From: Polyangia bacterium
Lineage (GTDB): Bacteria > Myxococcota_A > Polyangia > Nannocystales > Nannocystaceae
Assembly (NCBI GenBank): GCA_030430565.1
Contig: JAUIKS010000008.1
Coordinates: forward strand, 175,225-239,224
Direction of reading: 5' to 3'
DNA: 64,000 nt
Of the stretch, positions 1-8,812 are shown piece by piece. Numbering within the stretch: position 1 is the first letter of the stretch; each line of letters begins with the position of its first letter. The notes beneath the pieces were generated by a model. The model ran no database searches. It saw only the letters and a list, made by a program, of their open reading frames with translations, and had not been told where the DNA came from. Both the position numbers and the translations under genes were made by a program.

Positions 1-103
1 TCTTCGACAACGTCGGCACACAGGCCCTCAACGTCACGGTCGACGGCGGCAGCGATCAGCTGCTCGGCCTCCGCAGCGTACGCCTCACGCTCCACGGCGC
101 GAG

Positions 104-1786
104 CTACTGAGCCGGCGCGAGCACGCGGCTGCGCGCCGCCCCACCCCACCGCGGGGGCTCCCACACGCGCTCGATGTAGCGGAGGTTGGCGTCCGCGCGC
201 GGGTGCGGCGTGAACACGCGCGGCGTCGCGCCGACCAGCGCGAGCCCGGTGATCACCCCGAGCGCCAGCGTCAGGCCGGACAGACGGCGCGCGAGCGCCG
301 ACAAGCCCAGGGCCGCGAGCGCGACCGCAGCGGTCAACGCCGCGAGCGCCGGCAGCGTCGCGCCCGGGACGCCGAGCGCGCCGCACAGCGAGTATGGGGC
401 ATGTCCCTTAAACCATAGCGGGAGCAGCACCTCCGAGACCGGCTGGTTGACGTTCGTCAGATCGATGTGCGGCCACAGGCTCCCCGCGAGGCCGTTGAGC
501 GCCAGCGACCAGGTGACCAGCGCGACGCCGACACCGTCGACGACAGCCCGCGTGAACAACCGCTGACACCGCCGACGCAGCGCCTCGACCAGCCACACCC
601 AGCCCGGCACGATCACCGGCAGGATCACGACCAAGTACCGCGGCCCCACGCGCCAGCCGCCCGTGAAGTTGAGGCTCGCGGTCGTCAGCACGTAGACGCC
701 GACGATCGCGAGGGCCACGCGCGCGAACAGCCGCTCGCGTGTGTCGTCGTCGTCGCGCGCGCGCAGGATCAGCCCCGCGATCGCGGGCACCACCGCGGGC
801 GCCCACCAAAGCAGCCCCGAAGCCGGCGACAGGATGTGGGTGTAGAAGGCCGACCAGGTCGGGCGCCCGAGCCCGAGCAGGCCCTGCCCGTGCAGCGCCG
901 CGAACTCGGGGTTGATGACGTGGTGGTAGCCCGTCGCCATGGGGCTGCCGAACACGCGCGCGTGGTACCAGCCGAGCAGGAGCACCGGGAAGACGGCCCC
1001 GAGCGCTGCGGCGACCGCCGCGATCCGGACATGTCGGCCTCCGCGGACAAACATCCACGCGACCGTGGCCGCGAGCGGCAGCCCAGCGAAGGCGGCCGCG
1101 TACTCAACACCGACGCTCGCGCCCGCCAGCGCCCCGCCGATCGCCGACCATGGGGCGCTCCCACGTCGCAGACCGTCGAGCACCACGAACACGCCGACCC
1201 ACAGCAGGCAGGCGGCGAGCTGATGTCCGTACAGCAGGTGCGCGTACGCGTTCGCCGGCGTCCCGAGGGCGTAGACCACGAGCGCGACCGCGACCGACGC
1301 CAGCGCGGCGCCGCCTCGTCGCGCGCCGTCACGACGCCGGCTCAGCCCCCACCACAGCGCCCAGCACAGCAGCACCGTCGGCGCGAGCCCGCCGACCACG
1401 CGCGCCCACCAGGTGTACCGACGAAGCGTCAGCGGGGCTCCGCGCAGCCTCGCGTGCGCGCGCGCCAGGAGATAGGCCGGCGCGGCCGTGAGCGTCGCGC
1501 CGGGCGGCTTGTTTGGGTACAGCCGCCCGTCGACCGGGCTGCGCGCGATGTCCGGTCCCGGCAGCAGCCGCTTCGCGCCCGGGCCATCGATCGCCCACGA
1601 CCCGGCCTCGACCAACGCCATCCCCTGGATCAAGCGCGGGCGCTCGTTCGCGTTCCGCGTCGCCTCCGCGTACGGAAACGCGAACCCGAGCAGCAGCGTG
1701 ATGCAGGCGAGCAGCGCGACGCCGGCCCACTCGCGCCTGACCTGGGAGCGCTCCTCCGCTGCAGTGGTGTCGTCCGCGTCTCGCAT
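104..1786 (-). CDS. Integral membrane glycosyltransferase, family 39 / ArnT-PMT-like (about 12 TM helices)
   Basis: 560 aa, multiple hydrophobic segments; N-terminal region resembles ArnT/PMT-type lipid-linked sugar transferases (conserved acidic/RxxDG region near first loop). No HMM run. Confidence 0.55.
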   Translation of the reverse strand: MRDADDTTAAEERSQVRREWAGVALLACITLLLGFAFPYAEATRNANERPRLIQGMALVEAGSWAIDGPGAKRLLPGPDIARSPVDGRLYPNKPPGATLTAAPAYLLARAHARLRGAPLTLRRYTWWARVVGGLAPTVLLCWALWWGLSRRRDGARRGGAALASVAVALVVYALGTPANAYAHLLYGHQLAACLLWVGVFVVLDGLRRGSAPWSAIGGALAGASVGVEYAAAFAGLPLAATVAWMFVRGGRHVRIAAVAAALGAVFPVLLLGWYHARVFGSPMATGYHHVINPEFAALHGQGLLGLGRPTWSAFYTHILSPASGLLWWAPAVVPAIAGLILRARDDDDTRERLFARVALAIVGVYVLTTASLNFTGGWRVGPRYLVVILPVIVPGWVWLVEALRRRCQRLFTRAVVDGVGVALVTWSLALNGLAGSLWPHIDLTNVNQPVSEVLLPLWFKGHAPYSLCGALGVPGATLPALAALTAAVALAALGLSALARRLSGLTLALGVITGLALVGATPRVFTPHPRADANLRYIERVWEPPRWGGAARSRVLAPAQ

Positions 1787-1815
1787 CGTCCCTGATGCGC
1801 GCGCGATCGGGGCGC

Positions 1816-2517
1816 TCAGTCGCCGCCCGTGATCGCCTTTTGGTCCAGCTTGGCCTTCAGCGCCGCCAGCTCATCATCGAGCTCGTCCTTGGCGTCGAGG
1901 TTCGCGAACTTGGCGTCCAGCTCGGCCTCCGCGGCGCGCTCGTTCATCTCGCCCGAGTTGACCTCGTTGAGCGCCTCGATCGCCGCGATCTTGTCCTCGA
2001 TCGCGTTAATGCGCGCCCCCGCCTCGCCGCCGCTCGAGATCTCCTCCTCGAGGTTGCGCCCCTTCTTCGCGGCGCGCGCCTGCGCCATCAGGCTCCCGCG
2101 CCGCATGTTGAGGGACTTCAGCTTGGCCTTCGCCTCCTTCAGGCCGTCGCGCATGCTGTCGATCGTCTGCTTCTGCTGCGCCATCGCCTCCTCGAGCGAC
2201 TTGCGCTCCGAGGAGACCTCGCCCTTGCGCTGCAGCGCGGCGCGGGCGAGCGAGTCATCGCCGATCTTCACCGCCTGGGTAGCGCGCGCGTGCCAGTTCG
2301 CCTCGTCCTTCTGGATGCCCTCGAGCTTCCGCTCCATCACCTTGTAGTCGACCATCGCCTGCCGGAGGTCGCCCTCGGACTTCTTGATGTTGTCGGCCAG
2401 GTCGTCGAGCATCAGCGCGACCTCCTGCCCGGGATCGGACATCGCATCCACCGCGTCGTTGAGCGTCGATGAGATCGAGTTTCTGATCCGCGAAAACAGG
2501 CCTGGTTTCTTGCTCAT
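1816..2517 (-). CDS. pspA: PspA/IM30 (phage shock protein A / Vipp1 family) membrane-stress protein
   Basis: 233 aa, coiled-coil rich, N-terminus MSKKPGLFSRIRNSISSTLNDAVD... and overall pattern match PspA/IM30 family. Confidence 0.75.
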   Translation of the reverse strand: MSKKPGLFSRIRNSISSTLNDAVDAMSDPGQEVALMLDDLADNIKKSEGDLRQAMVDYKVMERKLEGIQKDEANWHARATQAVKIGDDSLARAALQRKGEVSSERKSLEEAMAQQKQTIDSMRDGLKEAKAKLKSLNMRRGSLMAQARAAKKGRNLEEEISSGGEAGARINAIEDKIAAIEALNEVNSGEMNERAAEAELDAKFANLDAKDELDDELAALKAKLDQKAITGGD

Positions 2518-2978
2518 TCTGGCTGGCTCCCCCGACCCGCCGCGTGCGCGGGGGCCGGCACGCGGAAGTGTACGTCACGGGTCTAGCCGTGTCTCGCCCC
2601 GCCCGCGCGACCGAAGGAGCGCGCGTCGAGTGCACGACGCCCGGCTCGCGTTGGCCGCGAGAGCCGACGGCGCGGGGCGCCCCCCCGCGCGCGCGCTGGC
2701 GACTTGACAAGCGCCGCGGCGAGACGATCTCGCCCGTCGCTGAGGCGCCCGCGAGCGCGCGAGCGCGAGCGCGCCGCGCCGTCGCAAGCACCATGACCAA
2801 AAAGACAGCTCGTGCGCGTCGCCGCGCCGCGCCGCGCTGTTCTGCGCCGCGGCGAGCCGCCCGCGCGCGGCAGCGCGCTGATCCGCGAGCGATCACGCGT
2901 CCGCGCTACACAAACAACCAGTCTCCATAGACATGTACATAAAAACCTGTCCGATGAGACGATGAGCGCGGTTCTCGG

Positions 2979-4187
2979 ATGACAAGCAAGAAGCACGGAA
3001 AGCCCCCTGTCCTGCTCGCGCACAAGTGGGCGACGAAGCACAACCCCGCCGGCTGGTGGATGAGCGAGAAGCTCGACGGCGTGCGCGCCTACTGGGACGG
3101 CAAGCGCTTCCTGTCGCGCCAGGGCAACGAGTACGTCGCGCCCGGCTGGTTCACGCGGCCGCTGCCGAGGCACCCGCTCGACGGCGAGCTGTGGATCGAC
3201 CGCAAGCAATTCCAGAAGGTCGTGGGCGTCGTCCGCCGGCAGAAGGCCGACGAGGACTGGAAGCGCGTCCGCTACCTCGTCTTCGACGCGCCCGCGCACG
3301 GCGGCGTCTTCGAGGATCGCGTCGAGCACCTCACCGACCTCATCAAGGGCATGAGCATCAAGCACGTGGTCCCCGTCGACCACGTCCGCTGCCGCGACCA
3401 CGCCCACCTCATCACCGAGTTCAACCGCGTCGAGGCGCTGGGCGGCGAGGGCCTCATGCTCCGCGAGCCGCGCTCGCTCTACGTCGCGGGCCGCTCCCGC
3501 AGCCTGCTCAAGGTCAAGCGCTTCCACGACGCCGAGGCCAAGGTGCTCGGCTACATCGACGGACAGGGGCGGCACGCTGGCAGAGTCGGCGCGCTCTCGG
3601 TCGTGACCCCAGGCGGCGTGCGCTTCGCCATCGGCTCGGGCCTCAAAGACGCGGATCGTGACGACCCGCCGAAGGTCGGCGCGATCGTGACGTACCGCTA
3701 CCAAGAGCTCACGGACGCCGGCATCCCGCGCTTCCCGACCTTCGTGCGCATCCGCGAGGACTTCGACTGGCCGACCAACGGCGGGAGCACCAGCCGCCCG
3801 GTGGCCTCGAGCGTTCCGCTGACCGCCGGAGCAGCTGCTGCGGGGACCAAGAAGGCCTCCAAGAAGGCCTCCAAGAAGACGTCAAAAAACGCCTCCAGCA
3901 AGACGTCGAAAAACGCCTCCAGCAAGACCGCCAAGGCGAGCGCGCCCACCACGAGCGCCAGCAGCAGCACCAGCACCAGCCAGACGCGCTACTTCGAAAA
4001 CGCCGGCTCGCCCGGGAAATTTTGGGAGGTCACCGCGCAGGGCGTCGCTATGGCCGTTCGCTACGGAACGCTCGGCACGCGCGGCAAGACCAAGATCAAG
4101 ACGTTTCGAGACGCCGCGCGCGCGACCGCGGAGGCCGAGCGCCTCATCGCCATTAAATTGAAAAAGGGCTTCGTAGAGAAGCCCTGA
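2979..4187 (+). CDS. Minimal ATP-dependent DNA ligase fused via Lys/Ser-rich tail to C-terminal WGR domain
   Basis: Motif I KLDGVR (KxDGxR), motif III LVFDA, motif IV EGLMLR, motif V LLKVK, then OB domain. Next a KKASKKASKKTSKNASSKTSKNASSKTAKA low-complexity tail, then GKFWEVTAQGVAMAVRYGTLGTRGKTKIKTF...AERLIAIKLKKGF (W-G-R signature). Confidence 0.8.
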   Translation: MTSKKHGKPPVLLAHKWATKHNPAGWWMSEKLDGVRAYWDGKRFLSRQGNEYVAPGWFTRPLPRHPLDGELWIDRKQFQKVVGVVRRQKADEDWKRVRYLVFDAPAHGGVFEDRVEHLTDLIKGMSIKHVVPVDHVRCRDHAHLITEFNRVEALGGEGLMLREPRSLYVAGRSRSLLKVKRFHDAEAKVLGYIDGQGRHAGRVGALSVVTPGGVRFAIGSGLKDADRDDPPKVGAIVTYRYQELTDAGIPRFPTFVRIREDFDWPTNGGSTSRPVASSVPLTAGAAAAGTKKASKKASKKTSKNASSKTSKNASSKTAKASAPTTSASSSTSTSQTRYFENAGSPGKFWEVTAQGVAMAVRYGTLGTRGKTKIKTFRDAARATAEAERLIAIKLKKGFVEKP

Positions 4188-4252
4188 GAGCCCCAACGCG
4201 TCGCCCGGTCCACCGCCAGCGCGACGCCTCGGTTCGGTCGGCCGACGCTGGC

Positions 4253-4648
4253 CTAGCCGGCCTCCTCGATGCCGAGCTTGGCCTTGATGTCGTTGACGAA
4301 GGCCTCTTCCTTCTCGGTGACGCGGCCGTCGGCGTACGCGAGCTGGATCAGGTGAATCACGACCGCGTTGCGCTGCTTCTCGGACATCACCTGCTTCATC
4401 AGCGCGGTCGCCTCCGTGATCGCCTGCTCGCGCGCGGCGTCGTCCGGCAAGCGATTGTGCCACTGCGCTGACTCGATCAAGATGCCGCGAATCTCGTCCT
4501 CCGTGGCGTCAGGCCACCACTTGCTGAGGAGGTCACAGATCTTGTTAACCTCGTCCGCGCTCAGCCCCGCGTCGGTCGCGTGCGTGAACCGGAGATACAA
4601 CAGCCCCAGGGTACGGAGAGCTTTTTTTGTGTCGTCAGGGATCGCCAT
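4253..4648 (-). CDS. TerB-family (tellurite resistance TerB-like) protein
   Basis: 131 aa, helical; resembles TerB/DjlA-type domain (conserved acidic/aromatic pattern). Family assignment from memory only. Confidence 0.5.
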   Translation of the reverse strand: MAIPDDTKKALRTLGLLYLRFTHATDAGLSADEVNKICDLLSKWWPDATEDEIRGILIESAQWHNRLPDDAAREQAITEATALMKQVMSEKQRNAVVIHLIQLAYADGRVTEKEEAFVNDIKAKLGIEEAG

Positions 4649-5385
4649 GCGCTGCTCCTCGCTCGGATGGGGGCGCCCGTAAGCGGACGTCCTCGGAGCG
4701 GTGACGAATCATATCGCAGCGCCCGGCAGGACGCGACGCGCTCGCTCGCTGCGTGTACACGCGCGCTCGAGCGAGTCCGTGGGGCGCGGACAAACCGCTT
4801 CGCGAGCGCGCGCTCAACCAGCTCGCCGATCCTCCATCAGCTCCGCGCCAACGCGCTCATCAGCGCGAAATCGCGATTAACCGTAAAAACTGCGGTAGAC
4901 CGCCGGGACATGACCGCAAATTCAGCGACGCGCGACGACGCGGCGACGCGAATTCACGCGGAGGACCGCGAGAGCGCTGTGATAGGCTTCGCGGACGCGT
5001 TCGCCGAGGCTCTCGGTGCTCGCCCCGCCCACAACGCGGCGGTCGAGCTCGAGAGAGCCCGGGCTGATCCGCGCCCCCTCCCCCGTACGACCCCCAGCCA
5101 ACACAGCACGACTCTTGCCAGATCTTCCCACAAAGCCCGAGAATCCCAAATCGCAGCCCCACGACACCTGGTTCGACAGCCTGCGTCGCGAGTACGCCGA
5201 GATGAGCCGCGCGCATCACCGGCGACTGCGCGAAGAGCAGTCCTACGAGGGTGACGACTGGGGTGACCCGGACGAGGACGACTGGGGTCGTCAGAAGACC
5301 TGAACCTCGTCTGAAGCGCGCAGCGCCAGAACGCGCGAAGGGCCGGGAAACTCCCGGCCCTCGCTAATTCGAGCGCGCCTCAGCC

Positions 5386-7353
5386 TCAGCCGCGTCGACG
5401 TCGACGCCGGCGCGAGTGACCGACGCCGAGCAAGGTGAACAACGCCAGCGCGCCCCACGGGCCGCTCTGCGGGTTCGCGCGGCAGTCACAGCCGTCGTCG
5501 TCGAGCTGCCCAGCGGTCTCCGTCCCGGCGGGGTCGGTATCCGTCGCGCTCGCGGTGTCGGAGGCGCTCGCGCTCGCCGACGCGTCCGAGTCGCTGTCGC
5601 TGTCGGTCTCGCTGTCGCCGTCACCGTCTCCGTCGCCGTCTCCGTCGCCGTCTCCGTCGCCGTCTCCGTCACCGTCTCCGTCACCGTCTCCGTCACCGCA
5701 GTCGTAGTCCTCGGGACAGTTGAGCTCGTTGGGCTCCGTGCAGATCGCGTTCCCGGCGATGTCGATCGCGCAGTAGCGATACACGAGCTTGAAGGACTCC
5801 GGGATCGTGAACGGGAACACCCACATGTGCTCGCCGTACCAAATGCCGTCGAGCTGAATCCCAGCGTCGTTGATGTCGTCGAGGTCGACCGCGTACTCAA
5901 AGTAGACGCGCTGCCAGTCGTGCGCGTAGTTCACGGTCTTGTTGTCGTGGACGCGCGCGCGCAGGTCGATGGTGTCGCCGACCATCAGCATGTCGTCCGC
6001 GGTCATCACCTGGTAGTTCTGAATAAACGGCACCGCGGTGTCGGCCATCACGTCCTCGCCGAAGAACACGAAGTTCTCGAAGGCGTTGAGGCCGTCGCCG
6101 AGGACCGAGTCGATCTTGTTGTCGCCGTTGAGATCGCCGAGCTCGATGTCGAAGGTCCCGTCCGAGGGGACCTCGCCGAAGGGCAGCTCTCCAGCCGACG
6201 CGAACATCGTGCCCTCGTGCGTCAACAAGCGATCGCCGTCCGCCGCCGCCGAGGCCAGGAACACGTCAGGATCGGTGTCAGAGTCGTAGTCGGCGAACGC
6301 GAGGCCGTAGTCGAAGGTCGCTATGTTGTCGATCGGCTGCCACCACGTCGCGGTCTCGTCGAGGAAGCCGTTGTTGCCGTTGTTGATCAGCACGCGGTTT
6401 CGGTAGCCGCCCATGCCGCCGCCCTCGCCGTCCTGCAGCGAGACGAGATCGAGGAACTCGTCGCCGTCGAGGTCTAGCGCCGTGTACTTGACGCCGTACT
6501 CGTACTGCGGGAGCTGCCCGGGCGTGATGTCGGTGAAGGTCCCGTCGCCGTTGTTCTCGTAGAGCCGGCTGCCGTCGAGGCAGCGCCGGCAGGAGTTCAC
6601 GATGTCGAGGTCGTAGTCGTTGTCGATGTCGACCAGCTCGACGTCCCAGGACCACTTGAGGTTGATATCGGGCATGTTCCCGAGCGTGACGTCGGTGAAC
6701 ACGCCGGTCCCGTCGTTGAGCCAGAGCATCGTCCGGCCGCCCTCGGAGTCCTGCACGTCCACCGGGATCCCGCCCCACTCGGTCAAGACGAGATCGAGGT
6801 CGCCGTCGAGATCGACGTCGCCGAACTCCGCGTCGCCGATGCTGTGGTCCTCCTGCGGGAGGTGCGTGCCGCTCACCTCGGTGAGGTTGAACATGTTGTC
6901 GACGTTGTCCGCGTCGTAGATGAGCAGCCGGCTGCGGCTCGACCAGGTGGCGCCGATGAAGATGTCGAGGAAGCCGTCGCCGTTGACATCACGCGCCTTG
7001 ATCACGCGCCCGGTGTCGGCGATCGCGTTCGGGTCGTCCGGGATCGAGCCGAAGACGTCCACGCTGACGTCGGTGAAGGCGACCAGCGCGGGGTCCGGAT
7101 CCGCGTTGTTCAGGAAGGCCTGGTTCGGCAGCCCCGAGTCCGGGGTCCCCGCCTCGAGGCCGCCGCAGTTGGCGAACAGGATGTCGACCGCGCCGTCTCG
7201 GTTGAGGTCCATGAGCTCGACGTCGGTCGTCCAGAACTCGCCGATGTCCTCGAACTGCTGCGGGGTCGCCTTGACCCACGGCGCCGCGGCGGCCGTCGCC
7301 GGCAGGATCGAGACCACGAGCGCAGTGATGAACAAACTACTGAGACGACGCAT
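5386..7353 (-). CDS. Secreted FG-GAP/VCBS repeat beta-propeller protein with (GD)n linker and MYXO-CTERM sorting signal
   Basis: Signal peptide MRRLSSLFITALVVSILPATAAAAP. Repeated DxNxDGxxD calcium-binding FG-GAP motifs (DLNRDGAVDILFAN, DVNGDGFLDIFIG, DLDGDLDLVLT, DIDNDYDLDIVN). C-terminal (GD)12 then GCDC...hydrophobic...RRRRRRRG tail. Confidence 0.75.
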   Translation of the reverse strand: MRRLSSLFITALVVSILPATAAAAPWVKATPQQFEDIGEFWTTDVELMDLNRDGAVDILFANCGGLEAGTPDSGLPNQAFLNNADPDPALVAFTDVSVDVFGSIPDDPNAIADTGRVIKARDVNGDGFLDIFIGATWSSRSRLLIYDADNVDNMFNLTEVSGTHLPQEDHSIGDAEFGDVDLDGDLDLVLTEWGGIPVDVQDSEGGRTMLWLNDGTGVFTDVTLGNMPDINLKWSWDVELVDIDNDYDLDIVNSCRRCLDGSRLYENNGDGTFTDITPGQLPQYEYGVKYTALDLDGDEFLDLVSLQDGEGGGMGGYRNRVLINNGNNGFLDETATWWQPIDNIATFDYGLAFADYDSDTDPDVFLASAAADGDRLLTHEGTMFASAGELPFGEVPSDGTFDIELGDLNGDNKIDSVLGDGLNAFENFVFFGEDVMADTAVPFIQNYQVMTADDMLMVGDTIDLRARVHDNKTVNYAHDWQRVYFEYAVDLDDINDAGIQLDGIWYGEHMWVFPFTIPESFKLVYRYCAIDIAGNAICTEPNELNCPEDYDCGDGDGDGDGDGDGDGDGDGDGDGDGDGDSETDSDSDSDASASASASDTASATDTDPAGTETAGQLDDDGCDCRANPQSGPWGALALFTLLGVGHSRRRRRRRG

Positions 7354-7664
7354 GTCCTTGAATTACTCCGAGCGGCCGACCTAGATCAACAAGCGCGCCG
7401 CCGCGCCGACGCGCCCGCGCGCTTTCTGTCCTCCGCGGATCGAAATCGGGCGTGCTGAAGCTGTCCTCGAGGCAATATGTCTTTTGAAGCAGAAATAGCG
7501 CGCGCTGACCGAGCCGCCCGGCCTGTCCGTATGGACTTATCGCGCTCGTTGTACGCGCAATCTCCCGAGGTGCGATCGACGCTGCGCACCCACGACGACG
7601 CAAAACCGCGCGCCCGCGCCGACGCGGCCGCACGATCGCCGCGCTCGCGCGCGCGCGAGCTAGC

Positions 7665-8369
7665 TCAGCGCCCCATCATCCGGCGCCAGTCGTCCAGCGA
7701 TCGGATCCGCAGGTAGTGGTTGCTGCGCCGCTGCTCCCGCATCGTGCTCGTCGGCGTCGGCCCGTAGTCGTGCCCCGGGTAGAGCACGACGTCGTCGGCG
7801 AGCTTCGCGAGCGTGCCGGTCAGCGTCTCGTACATCTGGTCCGGATCGCTGCCCGGCAGATCAACGCGCCCGCAGCCGTTGACGAACAGCGTGTCCCCCG
7901 AGACAAGTCGATCGTGGAGCAGGAAGCACTGGCTCCCGGGCGTGTGCCCGGGGGTGTGGATCAGCTCGACGACGACGTCGCCGAGCTCGATTCGATCCCC
8001 GCTCTCGTGGCGCACGAGGTCGCCTTCGCTGACGCCGGTGATCTTCTTGAGCCCGTCTGCCTCGAGCTTGTGGACATGAACCCGCGCGTCGGCCTTCCCG
8101 ACGAGCTCCGCGACGCCGCCAGGCACGGAGAAGCCGAACATGCTCCCGCCGACGTGGTCGGGGTGGTAGTGGGTGACGAGCGCGCCCGTGATCTTCATGC
8201 CGTCGCGCCCGGCGATCTCGAGCAGCGCGTCGGTGCTCCAGGCGGGATCCACGACCAAGCACTCGCCCGCGCTCCGACTCCCGATCAAATAGACAAAGTT
8301 GGCCATCGGCCCCAGCGGGACCTGGCGAAAGTACAAGTCGGGGTTCTGCGGCGCGTTGGAGTGACCCAC
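7665..8369 (-). CDS. MBL-fold metallo-hydrolase (glyoxalase II-like)
   Basis: HYHPDHVGG (HxHxDH) zinc-binding motif, TPGHTPGS, downstream GHDY. Confidence 0.8.
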   Translation of the reverse strand: MGHSNAPQNPDLYFRQVPLGPMANFVYLIGSRSAGECLVVDPAWSTDALLEIAGRDGMKITGALVTHYHPDHVGGSMFGFSVPGGVAELVGKADARVHVHKLEADGLKKITGVSEGDLVRHESGDRIELGDVVVELIHTPGHTPGSQCFLLHDRLVSGDTLFVNGCGRVDLPGSDPDQMYETLTGTLAKLADDVVLYPGHDYGPTPTSTMREQRRSNHYLRIRSLDDWRRMMGR

Positions 8370-8433
8370 GCACGTGGTTGTGTCAGGGACCCGCGCGCGC
8401 GGTCAAGCCCTCGGGCCCGGCGCGACACGCGGA

Positions 8434-8748
8434 TCAGGTCTCGACGATGACGCCGCGCCAGAACGCGACGCGCCCCTCGATCTCGCGGGCTGCGGGCTTC
8501 GTGCTCGGGTAGTACCAGGCCGCGTCCCGGTTCTCGACGCCGTTGACCACGATGGAGTAGTAGCTCGCAAGCCCCTTCCAGCCGCAACGCGTGTGGGTGT
8601 CGCTCTCCTGGAAGAACTCGCGGCGCAAGCTGTCCGCGGGAAAGTAGTGGTTCCCCTCGACGATGATGGTGTCGTCGCTCTCCGCCAAAATCTCGCCGTT
8701 CCAAATCGCGCGGGCCATCGCAGCACCTCCGCTGGGAGCGTGGCACAC
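8434..8748 (-). CDS. DUF427 domain protein
   Basis: 104 aa; MARAIWNGEILAESDDTIIVEGNHYFP matches DUF427 N-terminal signature. Confidence 0.6.
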   Translation of the reverse strand: MCHAPSGGAAMARAIWNGEILAESDDTIIVEGNHYFPADSLRREFFQESDTHTRCGWKGLASYYSIVVNGVENRDAAWYYPSTKPAAREIEGRVAFWRGVIVET

Positions 8749-8812
8749 CCAAAACGAAGACGCACCCCGACCGGGGTGCGTCCGCGAGCGACGATACCGT
8801 CGCTAAGCCGGT

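Noticed and set aside
467-1795. 442-aa plus-strand ORF (and several 100-200 aa ORFs) overlapping the glycosyltransferase gene
   Set aside because: Antisense or alternative-frame ORFs typical of about 70% GC DNA. Arg/Pro/Ala-rich low-complexity translations with no motifs. The minus-strand membrane protein explains the region.
2583-3704. 373-aa minus-strand ORF antisense to the DNA ligase
   Set aside because: No recognisable motifs, R/A-rich. The ligase on the plus strand has full motif complement.
4690-5385. ORFs 4580..5254 (+), 5016..5303 (+) and others in the 0.7-kb gap between the TerB-like and FG-GAP genes
   Set aside because: Translations lack motifs and differ by frame with no support. 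A small acidic protein ending ...EEQSYEGDDWGDPDEDDWGRQKT cannot be excluded but is not supportable from sequence alone.
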